This document shows positions 1 to 10,442 of a stretch of 64,000 bases of DNA, piece after piece; the stretch's first letter is position 1, and every line of letters begins with the position of its first letter. The translations under genes and the position numbers were made by a program. The notes under the pieces were generated by a model. The model saw only the letters and a list, made by a program, of their open reading frames with translations, had not been told where the DNA came from and did not search any database. The DNA lies in assembly GCA_016708315.1 (NCBI GenBank), contig JADJGC010000008.1, positions 31,699 to 95,698 of the forward strand, written 5' to 3'. Source of the stretch: a bacterium (GTDB taxonomy: Bacteria; Zixibacteria; MSB-5A5; CAIYYT01).

Positions 1-230
1 CTTGGTCTTGAGCTGCGACGCTTTGACAAAAGGATTCACGCCTTTTGTGTTTGGCCGGGTTCGCGCTACGCAATGGTTCGCCCACGGAAATGAAGTTCGA
101 TTATTTCAAGTCAAAACGAGGAAAGTCCTCTTGGCTTAAATCACAGTTCAGCTGATAGAAAGCGACGGCTGCCTCTGTGTTTCAAATGGTGCGAACCATT
201 GGTCGTACTGCTTCAGGAAGGATTGCATGG

Positions 231-1136
231 TCAGATCCATAAGCACCTGCCGGAAGGCTTCCTTGTTGGGACGAGGCTCAGGGATGGTACCCAGGACAAT
301 GTCACCCTGACGACCGGTATCCAGGTCCGTGGCTTGAAGATTGACGTGAGCCTGGCTCCAATCGGCGGCTTTTGCCCCGCGTCCTTTTTGACTTCCAAGT
401 CGAGTGCCGCCAGGGCGTCGAGTTTGTCAGGATTCGTCAGTCCTTCGCGAAGCTTCTCGTAATACTGCCCCAACGTCACCGGCCCGATGCCGCCGATTGG
501 CTTGATCCCATCGGAATCATCGCCCGTGCAGGCGAGGAAGACCGCCATGTCCGGGCCCGTCAATCTTGCATTTGTTGGAAGGAATCCCTGTTTCAGATGT
601 GCATCAATATTCGCGGCGGTTACCAGCTGCCTCTTTTGCGGGTTGTAATGACTGACGTTAGTCTTCACGAGTTGGAGCAGGTCTTTGTCGTAGGAGACAA
701 TTACCGCTGGGTTGCGGCTCGATTGAACTGCTTTGGCAATGAGGTCTTCCGCCTCCATGCCGGGGAATTCGTCGCGAGCGCCGATCACGGCAATTCCGAG
801 GTGCGGCAGGCATTGCGCCAGCCGATGAAACTGTTGGCGCAGATAAGGTGACCCAGTCTTCCGCTTGTAGGTGGGCAGGAGTTCGGCGCGAAATCCATCC
901 CGTGACGAATCCGCGAAGGCGATGACGCGGGCGGGCCGCTGCTTTGCCAGCGTGCTCAGTTGGTTGAACGTCCCCACGAGACCCCATGTGGGTTCTCCCG
1001 TTACTCTGGAAGTAACCTGGCGTGGATCCAGACCGCGAGGGCCCGGCATGTATGCCAGCCGGTGAAGGAAACCGGTCAGGTCAATATAACAAGTGCTGCC
1101 GGGCGGCAGCAGCGGAAGCCCATGCGCAATCTTCAT
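231..1136 (-). CDS. 5'-3' exonuclease / flap endonuclease (PIN + H3TH), stand-alone (phage/Pol I N-domain-like)
   Basis: Motifs IDLTGFLHRLAY, AFADSSRDGFRAELLPTYKRKTG, YDKDLLQLV, GIKPIGGIGPVTLG match the Pol I 5'-3' exo / FEN family; ends TGA at 231-233. Confidence 0.8.
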   Translation of the reverse strand: MKIAHGLPLLPPGSTCYIDLTGFLHRLAYMPGPRGLDPRQVTSRVTGEPTWGLVGTFNQLSTLAKQRPARVIAFADSSRDGFRAELLPTYKRKTGSPYLRQQFHRLAQCLPHLGIAVIGARDEFPGMEAEDLIAKAVQSSRNPAVIVSYDKDLLQLVKTNVSHYNPQKRQLVTAANIDAHLKQGFLPTNARLTGPDMAVFLACTGDDSDGIKPIGGIGPVTLGQYYEKLREGLTNPDKLDALAALDLEVKKDAGQKPPIGARLTSIFKPRTWIPVVRVTLSWVPSLSLVPTRKPSGRCLWI

Positions 1137-1386
1137 CTCCCCATTCTAAGATCGCCGGGCCACGGTCGCTGGGTTGGCGCGCCCTGTCGGTGGATGTTAC
1201 GTCTGTGTCGCTTTCCTTCGTTTGCCAATGAAGAGCCTTTGTAGGAATTATGGGAAGCAATCGCGCCGGTGCGCGGGCAGGATCGCGCCGCAGAATGTTC
1301 CCGCCAAGAATGAAGTTGAATGCGTGCTTTCGCCTTCTTGCGCGGCTCACTTTGGTCACTTGCCGGCGTGATGATGCGGGCGTGAC

Positions 1387-2046
1387 TCAGGGCTCTTCCT
1401 CTTCCATTTCCGGCACATCGCCCTGCGCAAGGTTGCTCTCCACGACGTTGGCCGGAACGCCGGATGCTTTGGCTTGGGCGACGAGTTGCTCCAGCTTCGC
1501 CTTGCCCTCCACGCACGCCTTTTCCGGGTCACCGATTCCGAAGACTTGCTGCGATAGCAAAAGCTTCTGAACCTGACGATCCCAACCTGCCGTCGGGTCG
1601 GGTTGGATGTGCCGGAGAGCTTCGGCCGTCACTTGGATGTCTCGCAAAACCTGCCGCTGTTCGGCTGTGGGCGCAAAGATACCCGGGTTGTTGGACGCCG
1701 GTGTCACGCCGCCGGGATCTTGAGCCAAACATGCGCTCTGAGTGTTGTTCACGGTCGGGTTCTTTATGTCCTTGTCCGCCGGATTGAGTTCCTGAAGATA
1801 CCACGCTCCTTCGGCGAGAAAGAAATTCTGGATGTGGTCGCCGACATCCGCGCTGATGCCCGTGATTTGGTCATCCTGATAGGTGAACGCGTTGGCCAGA
1901 TGCTCCCGTCCCTGGTCATACAGGGCCACCACGTCTTCCCTGGTGTAAACTTCGACCAGCACGAACGGCTCTGTGATTTCCGCGAGTGGCTGGCCGGATT
2001 GGTTGTAGCGGAACGTCCCGCCGTGGGTGACGATTTTCAGTTGCAT
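1387..2046 (-). CDS. hypothetical protein (acidic C-terminus)
   Basis: 219-aa ORF, codon usage consistent with neighbours; no recognisable motif. Confidence 0.45.
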   Translation of the reverse strand: MQLKIVTHGGTFRYNQSGQPLAEITEPFVLVEVYTREDVVALYDQGREHLANAFTYQDDQITGISADVGDHIQNFFLAEGAWYLQELNPADKDIKNPTVNNTQSACLAQDPGGVTPASNNPGIFAPTAEQRQVLRDIQVTAEALRHIQPDPTAGWDRQVQKLLLSQQVFGIGDPEKACVEGKAKLEQLVAQAKASGVPANVVESNLAQGDVPEMEEEEP

Positions 2047-2083
2047 AAATTTCTCTCCATTCTAGGGCTCTTGAGTTGTCCTG

Positions 2084-3238
2084 CTATTTGAGTTGGACGA
2101 GCGTTTCCTTCAGACCGGGAACACCGGTGATGTTCCTGGCCAGCGCGGGTTGTTCTTTGAGCGCTTGCGCCACCAGATCGGAGGCTTTTGCAGTCAGGCG
2201 CTTCAGGAAGACGGCTGCCTGCGCCGGCTCCAATTCCGGCAGATGCTTGAGAATCATCAATAGCCTCGGCTTTTCTGGACGAGCTTCGAAGACCTGCACC
2301 CAGCTGCGGACCTTTCCGATGACAGGCCCAGCTTCCTGCAACTCTTCTTGCGCCGCTTCTTGCAGGTAATGCAACAAGGTGCGCTGGGTGCCGTCGCGAA
2401 AGGTGGCATTCTCGTAGCCAATGGTGCCCGACAAGTGATGGAGCAGTTGGCTCCACAACTCGCTCTTGGGTTCCATGCGCGCGAGTTGTGTCTCGGTGTA
2501 TCCCTTCAAGATGTCATTGGCATAATCCCACGTGCGCGGCGTCGCGTAAGGCTGAACGGCTTCAACCATTTCTTTGGTGAAATAACACAACCGATCCGGG
2601 TTGCTGGCGATGAAACCCCGGATACCGGGATTGATGTGGCTGCCCCAATTCAGCCACTCGAGATGATTGAAGGTGAGTTCATGCAGGTTAACCCGGGAGA
2701 TGATGGGGCTGGGAATGGGGTGAACGGCCTCGGAATCCTTCGGCCGGTTTCCAGCGAGCACGATGCGATTTTGTTTCGGAAAATTGTAGCTGCCGGTGAT
2801 GCATCGTTTTTGAGTCGCCTGAAAGATCGGCACCTGGGTGCTGGGCGGCACCGTGTTGAACTCGTCGAAGAAAAACACCCACAGCTCGGGATCGTCGGTA
2901 GCGGGAAATTCAAAGTTGTGCGCGTAGTAGGTGACGAGCCCGCTGGTGTTGTCCTTGATCCGATCCGGGTGAACCTTTCTCAATTCCTCCAGAGCAATGA
3001 CGCGCGGGATCCCTTTGAGTTCACTCGCATCGTAGCACGACAGCGGAATCACGCACAGGTTGGCTTTCAATTCCCGACAGACGTCCTCGACCAGGGCCGT
3101 TTTGCCGACTCCCGGCGGTCCGATGAAGCAGGTCGGCAGATCGATGTCCTTGTGCATATTCTGAAGCAGAATGCGCCGGCCAATTGCGTAGCCGATCGCC
3201 CGCTCCGGGAACAAAGGTTCTGCCAGGTTCTTTTGCAT
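2084..3238 (-). CDS. AAA+ ATPase (AAA_5 / MoxR-dynein-like)
   Basis: Walker A GPPGVGKT, Walker B FFFDEFN, second-region LAGNRPKD. Confidence 0.75.
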   Translation of the reverse strand: MQKNLAEPLFPERAIGYAIGRRILLQNMHKDIDLPTCFIGPPGVGKTALVEDVCRELKANLCVIPLSCYDASELKGIPRVIALEELRKVHPDRIKDNTSGLVTYYAHNFEFPATDDPELWVFFFDEFNTVPPSTQVPIFQATQKRCITGSYNFPKQNRIVLAGNRPKDSEAVHPIPSPIISRVNLHELTFNHLEWLNWGSHINPGIRGFIASNPDRLCYFTKEMVEAVQPYATPRTWDYANDILKGYTETQLARMEPKSELWSQLLHHLSGTIGYENATFRDGTQRTLLHYLQEAAQEELQEAGPVIGKVRSWVQVFEARPEKPRLLMILKHLPELEPAQAAVFLKRLTAKASDLVAQALKEQPALARNITGVPGLKETLVQLK

Positions 3239-3264
3239 CGTTTTCAGGTCGGAAGGAATTCGGT

Positions 3265-4359
3265 TCAGTGCAGGCGGCGTGGCATGGCCAGATACATGCA
3301 GTTGTGGCCTTGAAACACCAACGGTGATTGCGGCCCTTGGAGATCGAATCTTACCTGGGCGTCGGTGCTCGCCTCGAGCGCTTCGGCGATGTAGCGCGGT
3401 GCGAATACGGTCGTGCAGGTTTCCCCCTGATAGTCCATCTCCAGCGACTCGTGAAACTTGCAGGTGGTCTGGGCCTGGATCACCAGCCGGCGCCCCTCAA
3501 AATGCAGATCGACCGTGCCCTCCTTTTCCTCCACTGCGGCGCTGGCGCGCTTCAATGCCTGCAACAACGCCTCCCGCGAGATGCTGTTTTCCCGCTGCAG
3601 CGGCCGGATGAATTTGTGGTAGTTGGGGTAGCTCCCTTCGACCTGCGAAAAGATGAGCCGGTAGCGCCCGTTGGTGACCGTTTCAAAGTCAAAGCTGACC
3701 TGGCGCTCTCCTACCGTGCAAGTGACTTCGCTCTTCCAGGTCAAATGCGAGGCGAGCAACTTGGCGATGGCGCTGGGGATGATGCATTGCAAGTTCGGGT
3801 CGGAGGGTGGTGTGGTCGGCGTGAATTCCACCAGCGCCAGGCGTCGGCTGTCGGTGGCCACGACGCGTCCCTGTCCGTCCGGAAAGTGCAGGTAACAGCC
3901 GCACAAGACATGTCGTTCGTCGTCCACGGCGGCGGCGAAGACGGTTCGGCGCAACGCCATGCACAGAGTGGCTTGATCCACCTTGAACGAGTTCCCGGTG
4001 GGCGCGGGCACATTTGGAAAATCGTTTGGTGGCAGCTCGGGCAGAGCCAGCTCGATGTTTTCCGTCGTGAAGTTGAAATGCTTGCCCGAAGTGGATTGGG
4101 CGTGAAGTTCCCGGCCCTGAAGCGTCTTGGCAAATGCGAGCAGCTTGCGCGCTGGCACGAGCGCCACTCCCTCCTCGCCTTCGGCAGGAAAGGAACATTG
4201 CACCTGATTGCTGGCGTCAGTGCCGGTGAGCGTGAGCACCCCACTCTTGAGTTCGATGAGCACGTGTGTCGCCGCAGGCAAAGGGGTGCGGGCCGGGATG
4301 ATGCCTTCGACAACCTCCAGCGCTTTCTGGAATTCTTTGGCGACCGTGTTGAACTTCAT
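3265..4359 (-). CDS. dnaN: DNA polymerase III beta subunit (sliding clamp)
   Basis: 364 aa; N-terminus MKF..V..ARTPLP..HVLIELKSGVLTLTGTDASNQV and ATDSRRLA are typical of DnaN. Confidence 0.85.
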   Translation of the reverse strand: MKFNTVAKEFQKALEVVEGIIPARTPLPAATHVLIELKSGVLTLTGTDASNQVQCSFPAEGEEGVALVPARKLLAFAKTLQGRELHAQSTSGKHFNFTTENIELALPELPPNDFPNVPAPTGNSFKVDQATLCMALRRTVFAAAVDDERHVLCGCYLHFPDGQGRVVATDSRRLALVEFTPTTPPSDPNLQCIIPSAIAKLLASHLTWKSEVTCTVGERQVSFDFETVTNGRYRLIFSQVEGSYPNYHKFIRPLQRENSISREALLQALKRASAAVEEKEGTVDLHFEGRRLVIQAQTTCKFHESLEMDYQGETCTTVFAPRYIAEALEASTDAQVRFDLQGPQSPLVFQGHNCMYLAMPRRLH

Positions 4360-4527
4360 GTCGTTTTAGGTGTTTGGCGCAGTTGTGCTCATTCGAACGC
4401 GAACGTGAGATTTTCCCGGCTGTTCTGAAAGGGAGCCGGGCATCTGGCCGAGGCAGATCTCGACCGCTTGTCGGGCTTGAGGACCTCGCCGTTGCCAAAG
4501 GAGAGGCCAAAATCCAGCTCGAGATTC

Positions 4528-7500
4528 TCACCGTTGGCTCGAGGCCGCACGCAAGCCGATGTAGAATTCGTGAACTGGGCCGGGACAGCCGCGCGCGGCG
4601 AACTCGGCCTGGTAATCGACGTTGTTAGCCTCAGCGGGCCGCGCCTCGGCCAGCAGCGTCTGCATCAATTCCAGTTCGCGCATCTTCTGGGTTTCAGCCA
4701 GTTCCACCAATTCTTCGTTCGTGCGCTGGGTGACGTTGCCGCTGACCAGCTCCACGTTGGCGTTGTTGCGGCGCAGAGCCATTTGGAGCATGGCTTCGTC
4801 GATGCTGGCGCGGCTTGGGTGTTGCGTGACCATATAGGTCACATCCACCGTTGCGGCTCTCTGCTTGGGCCGGGCAATGCGCCCTTCCAGTTGTTGCAGC
4901 GGATAGAAGACGTACTCGGCCTCGACCACGATGAGGGCGGACGCTTTGACCAGATTGTTCAAGCTCTCGTTGATGAGCGGCGTCCGGGTTAGAAAGATGG
5001 GCTTGCGTGAGCGCACATAATGCTGGTCGATCCACTCGCGGCGTTTGTGCGGCTGGGCGGGACGCTTCTCATCCAGCTTGACGAAATCGAAATCCGCCGC
5101 GGTGAACATCTGCACCAGGAGCTCGTAAGTCTTCTGTTGTTTGCAGGCCACGATGACGTTGCGTCCGGTGACCACCATTTCCTGCAACAAAGTGATGAGT
5201 TGTTTAACCTTGGCCTTGAGCGCGACGGCCTGAAGCTCGGCCATCTGGGTGAACCAATCGCGACGTTGAGTGAGACTGAACACCGGTTTGTCGGCGACAA
5301 AGGTCTGCTTCATCGCACTCAGGACATCCTCGTACTCGTCGAGAATGTCGCCCTCCAAAGGGATCGCCAGGAAATGCCGGCGCACATCCGGAATCTTCAA
5401 CCCCATGCTCCGGCTGGTGGCGTGGAGTTGGGCTTGATGGAGATACTTCCACAGCTTCGGCGCGTTGGCGGGTTCAGGCATTTCCTGCTTGTTGCGGCGC
5501 GTGGCGATTCTGTTGCCCTTCGGGTCGTGGATGGCATCGCGCGTCACGCGGAAAGTGACGTGCTGTTCGATGAACTCGTTCTGCTGGTCGTAGGCGTAGG
5601 GGAATTCGGGTGAGTTATAGCCCCACGACAGCGTGAAGATCTGCCACATCTCCGCCGGGGTTCGGCGCAGCAGCGTGCCTGACAAGAGAAAAGTCCTCCG
5701 CGTGTGGATGGATCTGACGGCCTCATAAACCTTGGACTCGCCAGTCAATGAGTGGGCTTCGTCGCAAATTTTCGTGTCGAACAGATTCTTGATGAGCCGA
5801 TACGCCGGGAACTGCAACGCGCTGCGGAATCCCTGGTCGCCTCGGCGCGGCTTCTCCTCGTCGCCCAGTGCCGCCAGCAGGTCGGCCACCTCTGGTGCGA
5901 CTTCTCCGGGCGATTCGTCCTCGACCCGCCGGTAACTTCTGGCCAGGTAACCACACACGCGACAATGACCGTGCCGGGAGAACGTGCCGAATTCGCGCAG
6001 ACCGACGGCGGCCTTGCCGCGTTTGACGTACTCGACGACCTGTTCGCGAATGGCTTTGCGGGTCGCACAGCTCAATTGAATCCATTTCCGCGTCTTGCTG
6101 ACGTTGAAGAATTTTTGAGCGGCCAGTTCCAGGCAGCGCGGGCACTCCTGCACGTGCTGGTGGAAATGGAAGGGAACTCGTTTGACCTCGCCCGTGATGA
6201 CGTTCTGTTCTCTCAGTTTGAGGATCTGCTCCTTGACTTGCCGCTCGGCGTTTTCGCGCGTGCAAATCAGGGTGTGAACGCGTTCGTTGGCGTTGTCCTG
6301 CTCTTTAACGTCCACGGGATACGGATCGAAGGTCTGATTGGCCAGCCCGCCGATGGTGAGGAATTCCTGGGAGAGTACATAGAACCTGGTTCGTTCCGGC
6401 TCCACGCCACGGTTGACCTCCGCCTGCAGTTTACGAATGCAGGCAGCGCTGTGGATGTGCGTGACGTCCAGGCCGAGTTCATCGCGCAGTTCCTTGATGA
6501 TCTCGCCCAGAATCTTGCTCTTGGCGATGAAGGCCACGCGCCGCGCCCCGGCGGCGATGGCGGCGTAAGCGGCGAGACGGGTTTTGCCTGAACCCACGTG
6601 GTGAGTCAGCACCACGCCGCGTTTCAAAGACGCCAGGCCAGCGTGCAACATCTGGACGTCGGTGAGTTGAGCCTTGAGTTGGCTCAAGCACTGAATGCGC
6701 GCCTTCAACTGCTCCGGGTAGGCTTCCGAGAGAGTCTTGATTTCTGGAGGCGGAAACACGCGCAACACCTGGGCGAGGTTCGGGTCTTTGCTCGTGATGT
6801 GGATGCGGCGTCCGTACAGTGCCTTCAACCGTTGTTTGAGCTCGTCCACTTTGCCCGGATTGCCCATCGCGGCGGCCTGCTGGATTTGGCGGGTCAGATC
6901 ATATTCATCGGCCGTGATGACCTTGTAAGTGTTGCCGGTCTGCTGACTGTAAGCATGGATATCCGCCGGCTTAAGCTCGCTCGTCATCGCCAGCGCGGTG
7001 TAGGTGCAGTGCAGGCTCATGTTCCGGCGGGTAAGCCTGGCTTGGTCTTCCTGTCCCTCCTCGGCTTCCAGGAGTTGCGCCTCCGGCAACTCGATCACCT
7101 CGCTATGCTGGATCGGATACACGTAGTATTTTTTGCCCCGGATGAAAGCCCGGACCTTTTTGTTTCGGATGGTGAAGAACACATCCTCTTGGGCGCAGTA
7201 GTAACCGGGCTTGTAATAGGCCAGCAACTGGTCGCCCGTCGGCTTGATCATCGGCACAGTCTGCTGCCGGTAGAAGTCGGCCTGCTTTTCCATCCGACGC
7301 CGGCTCTCGTCACTGTCGGGAAATTCCAATCCAAGCAAACGATGCAGCGCGACGGTTTCTTCGTAGCCGATGGCAGAGGCGAGCAGCGGGTTGCGGACGG
7401 CGGTGTAAAGAGATGTCTCCCGCATTTCCACCGGGTTGTAAACCATCAGCTCCGGCATGAGCTTCAGAAAGAAACCGGCCATCTCACTGATCTGCGGAAC

Positions 7501-7914
7501 GCCGCTCGATGGAACTGAGACTTGTTTCTGCTCCTCAAGGTTGAACTGCGTGTCGAGATACTGGAGCGGGATGATCTCGCACTGGCTGGGAGCAACGGCC
7601 AGTTCGCTCTTTAAGCTCTCGTGCAAGTCAGACTGTTGGAAGTTGACGTGAATCTTGTCGATCACGTCGTCGCTGCTGAAGACATGATGCGGGCTGCTGT
7701 AGTAATCGGTCTCGTGTTCCAGCGAGCATCGGCCGCCGACGTTCAAGAAATAGACGTAATCACGGTTCTTGTGGCGCAGCGTGAAGCTGCCCAAGTGTCC
7801 CGGGACTGGCTTGGGGCTGACGATCAACGGCCGGAAACGCTGATCGAACATGGCAAGCGCCTCCTGGGGCTGATCCGTCAGCACGAGAACGTGAGCGGGC
7901 AGGCTCAAAGTCAC
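4528..7914 (-). CDS. SNF2-family helicase with about 430-aa unknown N-terminal domain and Cys-rich insert
   Basis: GSGKT Walker A, DEAHSL box, LLLSGTLL (SNF2 motif), helicase-C block (FLTRTPL...VVEAEYVFYPLQQLEGRIARPKQ); CPRC...HCRVCGY zinc-finger-like insert. Confidence 0.8.
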   Translation of the reverse strand: MTLSLPAHVLVLTDQPQEALAMFDQRFRPLIVSPKPVPGHLGSFTLRHKNRDYVYFLNVGGRCSLEHETDYYSSPHHVFSSDDVIDKIHVNFQQSDLHESLKSELAVAPSQCEIIPLQYLDTQFNLEEQKQVSVPSSGVPQISEMAGFFLKLMPELMVYNPVEMRETSLYTAVRNPLLASAIGYEETVALHRLLGLEFPDSDESRRRMEKQADFYRQQTVPMIKPTGDQLLAYYKPGYYCAQEDVFFTIRNKKVRAFIRGKKYYVYPIQHSEVIELPEAQLLEAEEGQEDQARLTRRNMSLHCTYTALAMTSELKPADIHAYSQQTGNTYKVITADEYDLTRQIQQAAAMGNPGKVDELKQRLKALYGRRIHITSKDPNLAQVLRVFPPPEIKTLSEAYPEQLKARIQCLSQLKAQLTDVQMLHAGLASLKRGVVLTHHVGSGKTRLAAYAAIAAGARRVAFIAKSKILGEIIKELRDELGLDVTHIHSAACIRKLQAEVNRGVEPERTRFYVLSQEFLTIGGLANQTFDPYPVDVKEQDNANERVHTLICTRENAERQVKEQILKLREQNVITGEVKRVPFHFHQHVQECPRCLELAAQKFFNVSKTRKWIQLSCATRKAIREQVVEYVKRGKAAVGLREFGTFSRHGHCRVCGYLARSYRRVEDESPGEVAPEVADLLAALGDEEKPRRGDQGFRSALQFPAYRLIKNLFDTKICDEAHSLTGESKVYEAVRSIHTRRTFLLSGTLLRRTPAEMWQIFTLSWGYNSPEFPYAYDQQNEFIEQHVTFRVTRDAIHDPKGNRIATRRNKQEMPEPANAPKLWKYLHQAQLHATSRSMGLKIPDVRRHFLAIPLEGDILDEYEDVLSAMKQTFVADKPVFSLTQRRDWFTQMAELQAVALKAKVKQLITLLQEMVVTGRNVIVACKQQKTYELLVQMFTAADFDFVKLDEKRPAQPHKRREWIDQHYVRSRKPIFLTRTPLINESLNNLVKASALIVVEAEYVFYPLQQLEGRIARPKQRAATVDVTYMVTQHPSRASIDEAMLQMALRRNNANVELVSGNVTQRTNEELVELAETQKMRELELMQTLLAEARPAEANNVDYQAEFAARGCPGPVHEFYIGLRAASSQR

Positions 7915-8270
7915 CAGACAGTTTTCGAGGAGTTCCCGGTAACTGGCGCAGTTGTCGCCGACCGCCTGAATATTCGAGATCCAGTAACGGCTGTGCGTAT
8001 CGGCAGCGACAGCCTGCTCTCGGCTCAGGTAAAGGGGATTGAGGTGACAGCGCCGGTGTAAGCCTTGTGCAGCGTATCAACGTTGGTGTACTTCCCGAGG
8101 CAGATCGCCAGCGAGAGGTTGGGACGGATTTTGCGGTAAAGCCGGACGATGAGCGAAACCCATTCCTGATCGGAGACGATGGTCCGCTTCTCCGGTTTCC
8201 TGGTTTTGTCCGGCTGGCAAGCGGGTGTGAGAGCGGGCAGAAGCGGCGGCTCAAGTAACTCTTCCATGCG

Positions 8271-8783
8271 TCAATTTTGTGTGGCCGCCTTCAAGAGGCG
8301 CTTGAGGACCTCGGGGGCAGGCTCGGCGATGACGCGGTAGCTTTTGTTTTCCGGGTTGAACTGGTCGGATTCCACCTCGCACCAGTCTTTCAGCAAGTCC
8401 GGCTGCTCCAGGATCAGTTCCTTGATCTTGAGCGTGTCCGCGTAAGTGAGTTGTTCACCGCTTTTGCGCACCAGCCAGAGCGCCAGCAAGCCGGCGCCCA
8501 TCGTCGGCACCAGGCTGGGGAAGAGCAGTTCGTTTGCTTGGTCGATCCCGCTGTCCATCGCGTGCCGGAGCAGTTTCCTGTCTCCATAAGCGGCGTGGCG
8601 GCCCTCGTGTCCAAGCAGGTCGTAACCCTGAACGGGCATCGGCTTTTCGCCGGTCTGGATCCGGACGAGGGCGAAGCTGGGTCGAGTCAGCGTGCCGTGC
8701 CAGTTGACACCCAGGAATTGCTGGTTGCGGGCCGCGTTGCTCACGATGACCCGGTTCCTCTGCTGCGGAAGAGCGCGGATCAT
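8271..8783 (-). CDS. hypothetical protein
   Basis: 170-aa ORF immediately downstream of the VWA gene (4-nt gap), same strand. Confidence 0.45.
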   Translation of the reverse strand: MIRALPQQRNRVIVSNAARNQQFLGVNWHGTLTRPSFALVRIQTGEKPMPVQGYDLLGHEGRHAAYGDRKLLRHAMDSGIDQANELLFPSLVPTMGAGLLALWLVRKSGEQLTYADTLKIKELILEQPDLLKDWCEVESDQFNPENKSYRVIAEPAPEVLKRLLKAATQN

Positions 8784-8786
8784 GGA

Positions 8787-10154
8787 TCAGAGATAAATGA
8801 CGGTGCCAGGAATGGAGAGGCCGGCGACCGCGCCCATGTTGCACTGCTTGGTAGTGGTAACCCACACGAAGTCGGCCGGGACGGAGTCGGGGAATGATCC
8901 TGCCAGATCGGTGAAAACGACGGTCAGGTCGCATCGATACTTGCTGTTTCCGCCCGGAGGCGGGCCACCGTTGGACAGCATTTCCTGGATGTTCGCGGCG
9001 ATGCAGCGAAAATCCGTGCCGCCTCCGCCGACGATCGCGAGCTCATTGAGGTTCTGGACCGGATCCCCCTCTTCGGTCACTTCAATGCGGCTCAGGATGG
9101 AAGTGTCAAAACAACTGATGCCGTAGGTCATCTTCTTCTTCCGCTTGGCGAAGAAGTCACGGAAGACCTTCATGCAGTCGCCGATGTCCCCGGCCGAGAT
9201 GCTGCCCGAGCAATCGATGAACAATTCGATGTGCCCGGTCTTCTCTTCGATCGGATCGGCCTTCTTGGGAGCAAAATAGTCGTTGGCCAGTTTCTTGTTG
9301 TGGTAAAGCGCCAGGTCGTCGGCGACGGGATACTTCGAGCGCAGACAGTCCATGATGGCCTCGCTCGCGTCGCGCGGAGGATTGGCCTTGAAATAGAGCA
9401 GCCGTATGCCGTTCATTCCTTCGCTGCCGAAATCGTTGGTCTTCATGAATTCGGCCACCCAATCGTTGATCATCTCCTGGGCGAAGGTTTCATGAACCTG
9501 CGGCGAAAAATCCTGCAGGTTCGCCACGCGTCCATTCAAATCCGTGAGTTCCAAGAGCGGCGTGCCCGTCAGCTCGGCGGATTGAAGTGCGCCCTGTTCC
9601 AACAACGTCAATGCTTCCTCTGCGATCTTGGGACCGGCTGGCAAGGCGGCCAGCGGTTTGAAGACATAACCGTGCTGTTCCCAGTGGGGCGAGTTGGCCG
9701 GCTGCTTGACCCCCAGCGACCGCATGTGATGCGCCACGGCTTGAGTGAAAGCCAGGTTGAGCATGGTCTGCTGATCCGGCGCCGCCTTGAGGTAACGCGT
9801 CTGGTAACCGAGCGCGAAATAGCTGGTGTGAAAGAGAACCAACCAGAACGCCGCCCTGTTCTTTTCGTCCTCGCTGATTGGCGCGGCATCAATGGCCTGC
9901 ACCACGCGCGTGTTGAGGCGCAATGTGTCCGACCAGATGAAACTCTGCTGGTCCAGTTCGATCTTCAGGTGGCGTTCAAAGATATTGCAGAAGGGACGGA
10001 GCAGCGGGTGATCGCGGTGCGCTTGAAACGCCTTGGCCAGGCGTGAATCCAGAGGCGAAAGCAAACCGCCAAGAGTCTGGCTGACAGCGCGCTGCGTGGC
10101 GGCGACATTCGCGTCATTCAGCGAGCGCGAGGTCAAGGGGGTGGTTGTGTTCAT
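8787..10154 (-). CDS. VWA-like domain protein (DUF2201/ViaA-like), likely partner class of MoxR-type ATPases
   Basis: C-terminal IELFIDCSGSISAGD (MIDAS-like DxSxS) ... VVFTDLAG; start moved to MNTTTPLTS (ATG at 10154) from ORF 8787..10271. Confidence 0.6.
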   Translation of the reverse strand: MNTTTPLTSRSLNDANVAATQRAVSQTLGGLLSPLDSRLAKAFQAHRDHPLLRPFCNIFERHLKIELDQQSFIWSDTLRLNTRVVQAIDAAPISEDEKNRAAFWLVLFHTSYFALGYQTRYLKAAPDQQTMLNLAFTQAVAHHMRSLGVKQPANSPHWEQHGYVFKPLAALPAGPKIAEEALTLLEQGALQSAELTGTPLLELTDLNGRVANLQDFSPQVHETFAQEMINDWVAEFMKTNDFGSEGMNGIRLLYFKANPPRDASEAIMDCLRSKYPVADDLALYHNKKLANDYFAPKKADPIEEKTGHIELFIDCSGSISAGDIGDCMKVFRDFFAKRKKKMTYGISCFDTSILSRIEVTEEGDPVQNLNELAIVGGGGTDFRCIAANIQEMLSNGGPPPGGNSKYRCDLTVVFTDLAGSFPDSVPADFVWVTTTKQCNMGAVAGLSIPGTVIYL

Positions 10155-10442
10155 GCTTTGTTGTTTGATGGGCAACTCGGGGTTGCGTGCGTGGCTTTTC
10201 GTTTGGCGGCCAACACGCATACGATGCCGACCTGCTTTCCATCGCCACCCCCGTTCAGCTCTCGCACTCATCCATCGAAAATGGGCCTGGGATCAAACGC
10301 CACAGGGTGCGCCGCCCTAAAATGGAACTGTCGGCCGTCCTGCAAGCGACGGACATAAGCTCCCCTGTCGGGAGGAGATGCGCTGGTGTAAACGTTGCCC
10401 GGTGCGGATGTCGGAAGCCTTTGGTCGGCGACGCACAACAAA

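Noticed and set aside
3328-4428. 366-aa plus-strand ORF
   Set aside because: Antisense to dnaN, which has clear homology; composition is Arg/Gly/Ala-biased
5752-7518. Two long plus-strand ORFs (279 and 306 aa)
   Set aside because: Both lie entirely inside the SNF2 helicase gene on the opposite strand
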